Shown piece by piece: positions 24,890 through 37,634 of a DNA stretch of 64,000 nucleotides. The notes under the pieces were generated by a model that worked only from the letters and a program-made list of their open reading frames with translations, did no database searches and had not been told where the DNA came from. The DNA is from Macrostomum hystrix (taxonomy: Eukaryota; Animalia; Platyhelminthes): positions 3,100,001 through 3,164,000 of the forward strand of contig CATNEN010000039.1 in the NCBI GenBank assembly GCA_950097015.1, in the 5' to 3' direction. Every line of letters begins with the position of its first letter. Within the stretch, counting starts at the first letter, position 1. A program made the translations under genes and the position numbers.

Positions 24890-25473
24890 CTGAAATATGA
24901 TATAATTACCAATACACATTTTATTCAGCAAGCATTGCATAATCAGCCATTTCTATAAGAGCCTAGACACATTATTACGAATTATAAATTTTGCAATAAA
25001 TATTATTCACAATTACTCGATATCAATATAATATAATACTATATTATATTTCTATATAAATATTTGGCAATCACAGCCATGTAATGTTTCTTTGTAATTG
25101 ATGGAGAACAGGTAACGAGCATGTACGAGTACATTAGCTTAAGCCCTATGCAGACTGCCTAAGCCCAGCGCAGGTTATACATAAAACTGGTCACTGTAGT
25201 ACCACACAGGGCACTGGAAAGAGTGGCTGCCACAATATATATACAACTATAACAATATATATTTGACCTTATAACCTAAAATCTTAATAAATATAAATTT
25301 AGTAGACATGGAATGAATATTCAGTAGTCAGATTCCATAGTCCTGAGAATGCTCTGTGCATGCGAGAACTGTTTTTGCCCTTGCACACTGTACGCAGGTC
25401 AACCACCAATGCACACCGCATGCTAAGCTGCTCCCAATGCACGCCGCATGCTAAGCTGAATGATGGGGGGGAA

Positions 25474-25760
25474 CATACATGCGCAACACCCGTCCGACCC
25501 GGCTGAACTGGCTGGGTGAAACGAGGGCCAAGCAAGGTAAGTCGCAAAAACCAATCAACCAAGAGCAAAAAAATCAAAGGGGGGACCAAGGGACAAAAAA
25601 GGAAGGTGTGAAGAAGAGGAAAAGGGGAGAGAAAAATAGAGCAAATAAGAACAAAGAGCAATGAAATGAACTAAGTTGTAACTGAGAGCAAACTAAGTTG
25701 TAAATAGAGCAAAAACTAAGTCACACAGCTGGCTAAGATTTGGGAAGTTGCACATGTATT
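25474..25760. mobile_element. hAT-type MITE (287 bp), same family as 28569-29822
   Basis: TIR CATACATGCGCAAC / GTTGCACATGTATT; 8-bp TSD GGGGGGAA (25466-25473, 25761-25768). Confidence 0.85.
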
Positions 25761-27569
25761 GGGGGGAAGGTTCTAGCGTCCAATGTATGAACGTGTTTTT
25801 ATGCTTTAATCCTAAATAAATGTGCTCTGGAAGACTGCAGCTTAGTAAAATTTTTACCAAAAACAAAGATTACACCAAAAAATTTGCTGCCTCTCGGCTG
25901 CACGCTGTGCAAGCGGCGCATCACTGCCCAAGACTGTGTTGCATGCAAGAATTTTCCCCAAAAAACAGCATCTTCGGGAGTATGGGTCAGATTGGGTATA
26001 CACTGATATTCAATTTTATTTGTCAAGACAAAAAATTTGTAGGCCTAGTGACTTTGTGTACAAATTTTAAACTCCTGAATGCACAATAAATGGATGAATG
26101 TCTTGGAAAAAGCTGAGCATGATGGAAAGTAAGATTAATATAATTTTGTAAACTAATGGGCCAGAAAAAAACCAGAGGACTGTATCATCTGTATGTAGCC
26201 TACTAAAAAGAAAAATTATAGCCTAGTCACAGTAGTGACTAGTAACTACTGACTTTATGTTATACTAGCTAGCTAATTTTAGGGGACTTTAATATCAGCT
26301 TTCAAAAAATCATATGACATAAGCCTCTAAATAAACCAAGTTAATTAACCTTATGACCATACTCTAGAGTCTAGACCAGGCCTGTAGAAGGCTGGCAAAG
26401 TAGCTATAGCTAGCCTAGCTCTAGCATTATTTCGGACATGATCACAATCAAGCAAGGCAAGAGTAATTATATATATTATTATTAGTTCGAGGCCCTAGCC
26501 TTTTTTATTAGCTATATAGGCCTAGCCTTATACAATTTATGGTTATTTTCACAATAAATATTTATGTAGCTATACAATTAGTTACATAAGAATAATAAAC
26601 TAAGGGCCAGTGGATCGAGAAATTTGAAGGCAAAGGTATTTGCTATTAGAGGCTGAATAGAAATATGTAGCGTAGAGCTGTGGCCTAGTATTTCTTCAAA
26701 TTCAATCACTAAATAATTAAAGCACGGTAGGCCTAAATTACCGTTTAAACCTGCTACTGCACCTTTTTATATTCTGGACTGGTCTTAATTGATACGACCA
26801 AAATCCTAATAGTCCGTTCTAAAATTCATCCTGATTTCTAATTTTTTTAATTATAATAGCTGGTTTCGTTGCATTTAGTTTCTCGAGACTTCGGTATTGA
26901 AGTCTTACTGTCTGGAAAATCTCACTTTTAATCATGTAAGTCATTTTAAGCTACTCGAACGCACCCTAATAGTAGACGACGGTCTTCTTTCGTGTATATT
27001 ACTAGGTTAAAACAAATGGACACACGTAGAAACTGGAATTCATTTGCTGCCGAGAAGCAGAGAGCTTGTTAAAAGTAATATTTGTTACTTTGGTAAGATT
27101 TTTTACAAGAGAAACAAAGGTGTTATGTTTTGTTCACAGGGTCAGAGATTTTTTTAAATACACAAAGATGCTATTCAGATATATATTCTGAATATTTTAT
27201 AGTTTTAGTGCTCTGCTTCTTATGATATGATTCTAGGGCCCTTGTTTTCTTTTTTATATGCAAATGTAGGTTGCAAGAGGGCAGCTATACAAAAGGGCTA
27301 GTCTTGTTGACATCTAAAAATATATATATTTCTGTTTTTAAGACATATAAAGCCACAAATTAACATTTTGCTGTTGTTAAGTAATTAACCGACCTATTGT
27401 TGATGACCTATTTTTGCTTCTTGTTCTTTATGGAGTTTTTAACATATTTTTATTTCTTTGTATGCTGTAAACTATTTAGTTATTTTATGTGATCTGCATA
27501 TTAACTTTTGTAATAGTGTTCTGTCATAGCTATGGTAGTATGGATACTGCTATGAGAAGTTACAGAATT

Positions 27570-27900
27570 ACTATGCCACTGTGCTGAGGCATTTTCAGCT
27601 GCATCTTGGTAATGCTGTGCCTGAAGCAGCAGTTCTCGATTTCGAAGGTGCCATGTGGCAAGCAATTAGTGAAATGTTTCTCACCACAAGGAAGCGAGGC
27701 TGCCTGTTTCACTATAGTCAAGCTCTCTGGTGTCGAATCAAACTAGATGGTCTGACTCAGGCATTAAGTAGTCATGCATCAACAAAGTGACTTCTGTTAA
27801 CAGCTGATGGCGCTTCCGCTTCTACCCACTGAGCAAATGGAGATTGGATTTGGTGCCATTAATAGAACCCCTAATGATGCTATGCTGCTCCAACTTGGCT
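27570..27900 (+). pseudogene. Mutator/MULE transposase remnant
   Basis: PEAAVLDFEGAMWQAISEMF...GCLFHYSQALWCRIKLDGL followed by a stop/frameshift and QLMALPLLP: the MULE DFE...GCxFH motif. Confidence 0.8.
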
Positions 27901-28568
27901 TCCGCTTACTATATATTTCAAAAGACAATAAGATAGACTTCTGTGCATAATTAGCAACTCAAATTTCTTTAATTTTAACTATGTTAAAGCCTGCAAAAGC
28001 AACCTCAACTCTCCTCAACTCAACTCAACCTTGATAGGCCTATACTTTATAGTGTATACTTGTATGGTTTATGGTTCTTAGTTCTCGCTTCTAATGAAGT
28101 ATATCCTAATTTAGGTCAATGAGTGGTAAGTAAGTTCGACTCCAGGTTTCTGGCAGTGTTAAACCTTCTCTTAGGTATTATATTTCCAGTCAAATTACTG
28201 GTATTGTTTAAGCAATGCACAATGATGGTGAGCAATCAGAATACTAAGTTAAGAAGCAGTCAGGATTGTGGTACTTATCAGATTCATCAAATATTCAACA
28301 GTTCAAGGATAAGGCCTATTGTCTAATGATTGAGTCTATAGTCTGGTTGACTATTAAAGCTTTAGATTGGTTTGTTAGCAAGGCTAGGAGTTGGAAGAAG
28401 TTAACGTAGTAGGAAACAGTTGACTGCTTTGCACTTTCATATGTTGTATATATATAGCATGGTGTTAGGCTGTTATTCGTAGCCTGCATTTAGCAAATCA
28501 GCACATAGGAAGCGGTGCATTGGAGAGATTAAGCTAGAATGCATTTGGTGTAAGTGGCTACATCTCAA

Positions 28569-29822
28569 CATACATGCGCAACACCCGGCCGACCCGGCCG
28601 ATCCGGCCGGGTGACGAGCGGCCGAGCAAGGTAAGTCGCAAAAATGGCCACCCGAGAAAAAAATCGGACAGAAAAAAACGAGCGGAAAAAAGAAAAGAAG
28701 GCAGGAAAAGGAGGAAAGCAGAGAAAGGAAAGAAGAAAGGAAGGAAAGCAAATGGGGAAAGAAGCAAAAACGTGACAAAATCTGCAATCAGAGGCAACTT
28801 AGTCGCATTCCAAGGGAAGTAAGTTGCATTCAGAGGGAAGTAAGTCGCATTCAGAGGGAAGTAAGTCGCATTCCAAGGTAAGTAAGTCGCAATCAGAGGG
28901 AAGTAAGTCGCATTCAGAGGGAAGTAAGTCGCATTCAGAGGGAAGTAAGTCGCAATCAGAGGGAAGTAAGTCGCATTCAGAGGGAAGTAAGTCGCAATCA
29001 GAGGGAAGTAAGTCGCATTCAGAGGGGGCTAAGTCGCATTCAGAGGGAAGTAAGTCGCAATCAGAGGGAAGTAAGTCGCATTCCAAGGTAAGTAAGTCGC
29101 ATTCAGAGGGAAGTAAGTCGCAATCAGAGGGAAGTAAGTCGCATTCAGAGGGAAGTAAGTCACATTCAGGGGGAGGTAAGTCGCAATCAGATTTATTACA
29201 GTGCATTAAACTTATAGGGATAGGAACTCAAGTTACTAAACTCAAAAAAGTCCACTCTGCAAGTCCGAATGTGAGTCTTCTATATTCTCCGCATCAGAAG
29301 TTGCAGTAGGTTGCTGTTGACGACCTCCAGGAGCATCAGATCGCCAGTGACTCTTAAGCCAGTCATTTACATATTGATCTGGTTTAAAATTTCTCTCTGG
29401 TGTACATTTTATGGGCTACAGTTTGCTTCCCGGCGTACATTTGAAATTTGAATTTCTGGCACACAAGACCATTTTTCTGGCGTACAGTATGACACATTCG
29501 TGAGTATGGTGATGGTGATGTTGAGCCTCATGGTCTCCGGCACCACCTGGAAGATCCGATTGGACAAGCAGGGAAGCAGCTTGACGGGCGACGCCACGCA
29601 GCTGACCTCACCAATTTCATTCACGCCGACGATCGAGTCGCCAGAGTGCACTCTGCTGCCAGCGGAAGACTAATTAGATGACGAGGCATTTTACTATTGC
29701 AACACAGTCATAGTTACCCCTGCCGTTTACCCAGATAAAAAAATTGGGCATAGGTATGTCGCATTTTTTTTAAAAAACGAAGTCGCACGGCCGGTGTAAA
29801 TTTGGGAGGTTGCGCATGTATG
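28569..29822. mobile_element. Deleted hAT-type transposon (1254 bp) with internal minisatellite and probable transposase C-terminal remnant
   Basis: Perfect 14-bp TIR CATACATGCGCAAC / GTTGCGCATGTATG; 8-bp TSD CATCTCAA (28561-28568, 29823-29830). The minus strand encodes NFKPDQYVNDWLKSHWRSD, resembling hAT transposase C-termini. Confidence 0.88.
28795..29190. repeat. 21-bp minisatellite (GAGGGAAGTAAGTCGCATTCA, ~18 units) inside the hAT element
   Basis: Direct periodicity. Confidence 0.95.
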
Positions 29823-32256
29823 CATCTCAACCATAAAATTTATTATACTAATCTCACATTTCAGATCAAACCTACCATGTACCTTCAACAAAACATAAAC
29901 TTCAAGAATGCCTGACTCAATAATCATAAAGATGGCTAATCAGTTAATAGAGGGAATAGTGCATAAAACAATTAAATAAACCAATGGCTTAGTATGACTT
30001 AACAAAAAAGATAATTTTTCATCTCATCTCCTTTAATTTAAGGCATATAAAACAAGATTAACAGTATCTCATAAAGGCTTGAATTCCAAAAACATGTATT
30101 GTCTTTAAAATTGACACAAGAAACTTTTACAAGAGAAATTGATTAAAAATACACAACTTGAGAACCATACTGACATAGTTAATTGTATGAATTTTATCAA
30201 ATTTCTGAAAAAAATGTTAGTAATAATTTTTATGAATATATACAGGTTTTGAGAATGCCAGGAAATGATGGTCGTCGGGTAACTTTGCAGGGTTTTTTAA
30301 GCATATTAAACTTATCACATGCTAACAAAAAGACAATTTAACTTAGATATAGGCTAAGAAAATATTTTAGCAAAAAAATCCCTTCACTAGCCTTTTGAAC
30401 TTGGAATAACAACTTTTCATAATAAAATGATGGTCGTTTTTAACACTTTTACAAAGCAAAGCCCAAACTTTTCAAAGCAAAAGTTATGATAAAAAGAAAT
30501 ATGTTAGGTCATAAAACTTTTTTTTTAAGTTTTTAGATATAATAAAGTTAAGTTATTTTTATATTTATATTCAAGATCTGAGTTAAATTTAAGACTATTT
30601 AGTTCCTTAATGAAAACTAGATTCACTTTTTATAATGTCCTGCAGAACATTGAAATGATTGTAGGGGTACTATGATCAAAACAAAAAATATAAACCTAAA
30701 GGTAGATAAATATGTTTAAAACTACTTGAACATAAAACTATATATTAAATTATGTACAAATAGAAATATAAACTTTGATAAATATAGCATAAAAATTATG
30801 TCCCATTGATGACCTTCTCATGGAATTACCCAACTACTTGCCTATAAGGCTATGGCTTACTGTTGTTTTGTTGACAAGACATTCTGGTGATATGAAAAAG
30901 TTATTTCAGTGACACAGGGAAAAGTTGTTTGTTATTGTACAAACATGATAACACATATTAATAAAAGTGATGACACACAAATGTATACTTATTAATTATG
31001 TACATTATTAAAAGACTGTAAATTTGGTTTATTTAAAAATATGGTAATTCAACAGTTATGTACATAAATAACAACTAATTTAGAATGAATAATTATATTT
31101 CAAGCAATTTAAAATTTCACACATACTTTTACTTTTCCTACCTGGAATTAAAACTTGTCACTGAAATGACTTGTAACCCAAACAACCTGCAACCTGAGGC
31201 TATGATATGATGTAGCAATACGCAACAAAATATAAGTTCTGTAATTGTAATTGTTTAATAAAGCTTATCCTAATGATCATTAAACAAATTTAACTATCCA
31301 TACTGTTCTGTGTTACCTAGCCTTTCCTATAGATGATAGATAATAGATATAGATGATTGTCAGAAGGCCTACTAAGTTAGTTGAAAGCCATAGTTAGAAA
31401 GGTGGCCTTTGCCATTAAAAATTATCATGCACACAAGGGGTCCCCAGCACACTCTAAACACAACTTCAGCATTCTGTCCCTAGATCCCTAGTCCACATGA
31501 CATAGTCCAGATCATGTATGCCTGAAAATTTAGGTGTGCATTGGTGTTGCCTGTCCAATTTCGCATCCATGGTTATCACGCACTTGTTTCACATTACAAG
31601 TGCATTATTGCAGTTTGCAGTTAATTTCGTAAGACAGCTTTATAAACAATTGTTCTTAGTTGTTTTATAACAACTTATAGCTTTTTGTCTTATTTTAATG
31701 TTTGTTTGCCTTTTGTGTGTTATAAAAATCTCAAAGAATACCTTATTTATAAATTTATATGTATAAAATAACTGTGATTAGTTGCCATCTTCTCAGCTTT
31801 ACAAAAATTAGGTTTAAATCCATCCTCTCATCTAGCATGAAATAGATTAAAGACCTGATATTTCAAACTAATTTAATATATATATAAATTGTATTTCAGC
31901 ACTTTTTATGCTTGTATTTACAATTATAAAGAATTAATAATTTACTTCTTAGATAAGTAGTCTACCAAACTGGAGATATAATTAGCAAAACATGCTTACA
32001 ACAAGCATGAACTTATTGATGACAGTTTAAATGATAGTTGATACATTTAATTCATTTTATTAGGCGCTAGGCAGTTCAAGATTCTTTTAAAATCTTTATT
32101 TTATTAATTGCAGCTAGCTAAACTATGCAAGTAAAGCCCATACATATGTTATATACTAGTGTCAATATTTATTTTGTTTCCACACTTTTCTAGCTGATCA
32201 CCTCGGCAGCAATAGCCAAGAGCAGTAGCAGTCCCAGTTGAGCACAGTTGAGTAGC

Positions 32257-34987
32257 ATGAATCGCTACCAGACCCTCAAACAGCTGGGCGATGGCACCTA
32301 TGGCTCCGTGCTGCTCGGCACCCTCACAGAGACCAGCGAGAAAGTGGCCATTAAAAAGATGAAAAAGAAATTCTACAACTGGGACGAATGCCTCAACCTG
32401 CGCGAGGTGAAGTCGCTGCGCAGGCTGAACCACCCTAACATTGTGCGCCTGAAGGAGGTCGTCCGAGAAAACGACTATCTGTATCTGATCTTCGAGTACA
32501 TGCAGGAGAACCTGTACGAAGTGATGAAGAAGCGAACCAAGCTATTCCCGGAAGAAGTTGTCCGCAACATTGTCTGGCAGTCAATGGACGGCCTGGCCTA
32601 CATGCACCGCATGGGCTTCTTTCATCGCGACCTGAAGCCTGAGAACATTCTGTGCAATCCTGATCATCACATCAAACTGGCCGACTTCGGCCTGGCTAGG
32701 GAGATCCGGTCCAAGCCACCCTACACTGACTACGTAGCAACCCGCTGGTACCGCGCCCCGGAGATCCTGCTCCGATCCACCTCATACAATTCTCCCATTG
32801 ACGTGTTCGCAATGGGCTGCATCATGGCTGAGCTGTACACATTCAGGCCCCTGTTCCCCGGCAGTTCGGAGATTGACATGATTTTCAAGATCTGCTCGGT
32901 GCTGGGCACGCCTCGCAATGACGATTGGCCGGAGGGCTTCCAGCTGGCGGCGGCGATGAACTTCAAGTTCCCGCAGTGCATCGCCACCCAGCTGTCCTCG
33001 CTGATTCCCAACGCCTCCACGGACGGCATCGCCATCATGCTGGACACCCTGGCGTGGAATCCGAAGCACCGGCCAACAGCCAAGGACGCGTTGAAGCACG
33101 CCTACTTTGCCGCCAGCAGTCAGCGACTGCAACCCAACGCGGCGAGTGCCAGACGCCAACCTTTGAATAATCGCAGCAATGGACAGGTGTGTACTTTTGG
33201 CTAAACGGCGAGAGTAACTATGCTCTTAAATGCATAGAAAATTTTCTCGACGCATAGTTAAACCTTACTCTAAAAGTGTCGCTCCTTTTACCTTTAAAAT
33301 TTCCAACATCCCTGACTGACCAAACTTGAACGAAAGAGCGCCGAATTAAAAGCTTGGAAGCTAAACGGATTTAAACTTTTTTATTAAAATCGAATTCGGA
33401 TCCATCTCTACCCAGGTGCCCATCGCCGAGGTGTCGCCACTGCCACAGCAGCAGCAGCTGGTGCAGCAGCGCCAGGAGTCCGTGACAGTTCCCGTCCCCG
33501 GCGCCAAGTCCAGCCGGAATAGGTGGGCTGGCGGCGGCGGCGTCGCCGGTCAAGGCCCGGATGCCAAGGACAGCCTCGATCAGCTGATGGACGACTTCGA
33601 CCTGAGCTACAGCAGCAAGCCGAAGATGGCTAGGCAGCAGCAGCCTCTGCCGGGCCTGTCGCGGCCGCAGCTGCCAGCGGCCAAGGCTTTCCCTGCGCCG
33701 CCGCAGCAACAGCAGGCAAGTCGGCACGCGGCACCGACCGCCGACAGCTGGATGGACAACGATGAAGACTTCAGCAGCTTCCTTGGTAGGCCATCACAGC
33801 AGCAGCAGCCGCAGCCTGCCAGGGGCAATCAGCCGTCCTATCTGGGCGCCGGCAGTCGTGGTGCCGTTGGCGGCCCAAATCGGCGCGAAAGCATCGACAT
33901 TGATGACATCTTAGGTTCGAATCTTCTGGGCGGCGGTCCCACTAGTGGCAAAAGAGTGCAGCCACAGGTTTGTTTCTAAAAACAGATTTAAAAAATTACC
34001 TATCTTTTAGCTAAAAAAGATTTTACAAATAATTGCTTTATTTATCTTTACCATACTTCCGAACTTATATACACCCCTCTTAACATCTCCCCACCTTCTC
34101 AGCATCTCCCCACCCTTCTCAACATCTCCCCACCCTTCTCAACATCTCCCCACCCTTCTCAACATCTCCCCACCCTTCTCAACATCTCCCCACCCTTCTC
34201 AACATGTCCCCACCCTTCTCAACATCGCCCCAACCTTCTTAAAATCTCCCCGCCATTCTCAACATCTCCTTAACCATCTTAATATCTTACCACCATTCTC
34301 AACATCTCCTTAACCATCTTAATATCTCCCCACCCTTCTCAACATCTCCCCACCCTTCTCAACATCTCCCACCCTTCTCAACATCTCCCACCCTTCTCAA
34401 CATCTCCCACCCTTCTCAACATCTCCCCACCCTTCTCAACATCTCCCCACCCTTCTCAACATCTCCCACCCTTCTCAACATCTCCCCACCCTTCTCAACA
34501 TCTCCCACCCTTCTCAACATCTCCCCACCCTTCTCAACATCTCCCCATACTTCTCACCTTCCTGGCGCAGGTGTCTGGCAAGCCGGTGGGCTCCGACCTG
34601 CCCGCTGTTGGCAGGCGCGACTCCGGCAAGCTGTCGGCTGGCTCGCTCTACAAATCCCGGTCCAGATACTTGCCTGGCATCAACCCGAAGAGCACGGGCT
34701 CCAATGCCACCGTTGATCCGTTTAATATGGGCGGCCCAGTCTATGGCAATCAGCAGCAGCAGCAGCAGCAGTTAAACAGAGGCGGCTACGGTGCTCCGAC
34801 AGCGGCGGCGCCAGCGGGCGGACAGAAGCCCCTAGCCGGCGGCTACGTGCCTTCGACTTTCGGCGGCGGAGCTGGAGGCGGCGGCGCCGGTAGAGGAGGC
34901 TACGGTGGAGCCGGCGCTGGCGGCCGCGGCGGAGGCGGCGGTGGCAACATGCGAACCGACTGGGCGGCGAAATATTTGAAGTCTTAA
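32257..34987 (+). CDS. MAK: MAK/ICK (CILK1)-family RCK Ser/Thr kinase; exons 32257-33186, 33416-33967, 34571-34987
   Basis: [36 protein letters not shown], activation loop [16 protein letters not shown] (TDY) and C-terminal RTDWAAKY. Both introns are phase-0 GT-AG. Confidence 0.95.
34082..34556. repeat. 19-20-bp intronic minisatellite (AACATCTCCCCACCCTTCTC) in MAK intron 2
   Basis: Direct periodicity. Confidence 0.95.
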
Positions 34988-36051
34988 AACGCGTGACCTC
35001 TGAGCTATTAATCAGTTTTCTCTCTCTATCTATTGGCCTCTCTATGGTACCTGTTAAACCAACTGGATTTCTTACAATGAGTTCTTATTCTGTAAACTGG
35101 TGAATCCTGACTGTTTGTTTCGAAACTATATTGTGTGGAGTTTTCCAGTGTGTTCTAACTTGCATAAATAATTTTCCCTATTAAGCCCGATCAATCAAAG
35201 ACTTTGACCTACTGTATATCATAATCTATTACTATATTATATCAAACTTATGAGTTGTTCGCCTGTCAAGTCACGGTAGATAGGTGCCTTGCAGCTGAGC
35301 CAGCAACTGTCAGTAGAATTACATTTTTAGGATTTTTTAAGGATTCGTTAAAACAAACAATTGTCTGGCACAAAGTTTTTCTTGCGCTTGTCTGCGAATA
35401 TTTTTAATTAATATTTTTCTTAATTCTCTCTTTCGATGGTTCTTTTTACAAAAGGCGTCCATCCTTGTTACTAAGCAACGGGCTGTTTATACATAGTTTC
35501 CTTTTGCTACTCACCTACCTGCGGTCGTTGTCATTTTATTTTTTAAACGAATTTAAATCTGTTTTAGAGCTAGCTGGCATACATTCCTGAGTTCACATTT
35601 ATTCTTATTTTTCTCTGTTTTTTTATTTTTTTTTTGCAGAATACAAATCTTAAAAATTGGTTTGTTGTTCGTAACTGTATCATTATGTATTGTAACACTG
35701 ATTGAAATATTTGTAACATATATGATTATGCACTACTTTATTTTTGTCTTATGCTGTAACTTTGAACTAAAAAAATCATTCACACACTTTTGAGTTCTCT
35801 GTAATAGATTTTACACCGCTATAACTACCTATTGTGGCAAGCAGATTGTTTAAGAATAAATTAATTCTGTACGCATAAATATATAACATGAGGCTTATAG
35901 TGTTACCGTGAGTACTGTTCTCTCTTCAGAGTGCGTAGTGTACTGAAGCTTGATTTATTACTATGCGGACCTTTAGGTTGACAAGTATTTTAGGCTCTTA
36001 AAATGATTATGATAAAGTTCATAGAGACCGCAAGACACATTATATTAGATG

Positions 36052-37108
36052 GCAATCTTGGGAAAGGTAGATTTGGGAACTGTACATAGAGTAGCATGGG
36101 AATGAAGGTGTTGGGAAATCTTGGGAAACGTAGATTGGGGAACTGTACATAGAGTAGCATGGGAATGAAGGTGTTGGGAAATCTTGGGAAAGGTAGATTG
36201 GGGAACTGTACATAGAGTAGCATGGGAATGAAGGTGTTGGGAAATCTTGGGAAAGGTAGATTTGGGAACTGTACATAGAGTAGCATGGGAATGAAGGTGT
36301 TGGGAAATCTTGGGAAAGGTAGATTTGGGAACTGTACATAGATTAGCATGGGAATGAAGGTGTTGGGAAATCTTGGGAAAGGTAGATTCGGGAACTGTAC
36401 ATAGAGTAGCATGGGAATGAAGGTGTTGGGAAATCTTGGGAAACGTAGATTGGGGAACTGTACATAGAGTAGCATGGGAATGAAGGTGTTAGGAAATCTT
36501 GGGAAAGGTAGATTTGGGAACTGTACATAGAGTAGCATGGGAATGAAGGTGTTGGGAAATCTTGGGAAAGGTAGATTTGGGAACTGTACATAGAGTAGCA
36601 TGGGAATGAAGGTGTTGGGAAATCTTGGGAAAGGTAGATTCGGGAACTGTACATAGATTAGCATGGGAATGAAGGTGTTGGGAAATTTTGGGAAAGGTAG
36701 ATTTGGGAACTGTACATAGAGTAGCATGGGAATGAAGGTGTTGGGAAATTTTGGGAAAGGTAGATTTGGGAACTGTACATAGAGTAGCATGGGAATGAAG
36801 GTGTTGGGAAATCTTGGGAAAGGTAGATTTGGGAACTGTAAATAGATTAGCATGGGAATGAAGGTGTTGGGAAATTTTGGGAAAGGTAGATTTGGGAACT
36901 GTACATAGAGTAGCATGGGAATGAAGGTGTTGGGAAATCTTGGGAAAGGTAGATTTGGGAACTGTAAATAGATTAGCATGGGAATGAAGGTGTTGGGAAA
37001 TTTTGGGAAAGGTAGATTTGGGAACTGTACATAGAGTAGCATGGGAATGAAGGTGTTGGGAAATCTTGGGAAAGGTAGATTCGGGAACTGTACATAGAGT
37101 AGCATGGG
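36052..37108. repeat. 63-bp minisatellite (~17 units), four GGG runs per unit
   Basis: Unit GGGAAATCTTGGGAAAGGTAGATTTGGGAACTGTACATAGAGTAGCATGGGAATGAAGGTGTT. Confidence 0.95.
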
Positions 37109-37164
37109 GAATGCAGGTAGATATACAGAAGCATTGTAGAAGTAGATAGATAGCATCGAAATAA

Positions 37165-37498
37165 AGAAGAAATAAAAATATTTGCAGGAGAGCTGTTGGC
37201 AGTGACACTAGACCCACACCCAGCGAGGAGGCAATTATGCTAATTCTGCTGACTCCTGAGCACACGCACACACAGATACCGTACGCAGGCACACGCTTAC
37301 ACATCTGCCCTGACTTTCTCATCGTCAGGCAGTTTAAACTTTCACTGTGCCTAAGAGGTTGGCCCTTAAGGGCGTGAATTGCACAAGTCCCCAAGCCATT
37401 GTCTCCGCGGCTGCGCCACACATTTAAATGCGGAATCGAGCTCAGGGACCTTGGTGTGAGAGAGGAACGCGTTAGACCGCCCGGCTACACAGCCCCCC
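37165..37498 (-). mobile_element. SINE family A copy
   Basis: Homologous to 2017-2385 (tRNA-like head, GGCGCAGCCGCGGAGA, CCTGACGATGAGAAAGTCAGG, CTCCTGCAA tail). Confidence 0.85.
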
Positions 37499-37634
37499 GG
37501 AGCATCGGAAAGCTGAGTAAATCTTAGCATAGAATATTCGGTAAATGTGAGCGTCAGCGGGCTACCTGTCTAGACCACAAGACCTGACTAGACAAGATAC
37601 TAAGGCTACAAGATAATTATCTATTGCTTTGCAG

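Noticed and set aside
35990-37421. Long repetitive ORFs here and at 28799-29309, 43920-44495, 44892-45995, 48169-49937, 55067-55678, 62824-63441 and 63718-63995
   Set aside because: Artefacts of minisatellites with stop-free frames; no domain or splice support.
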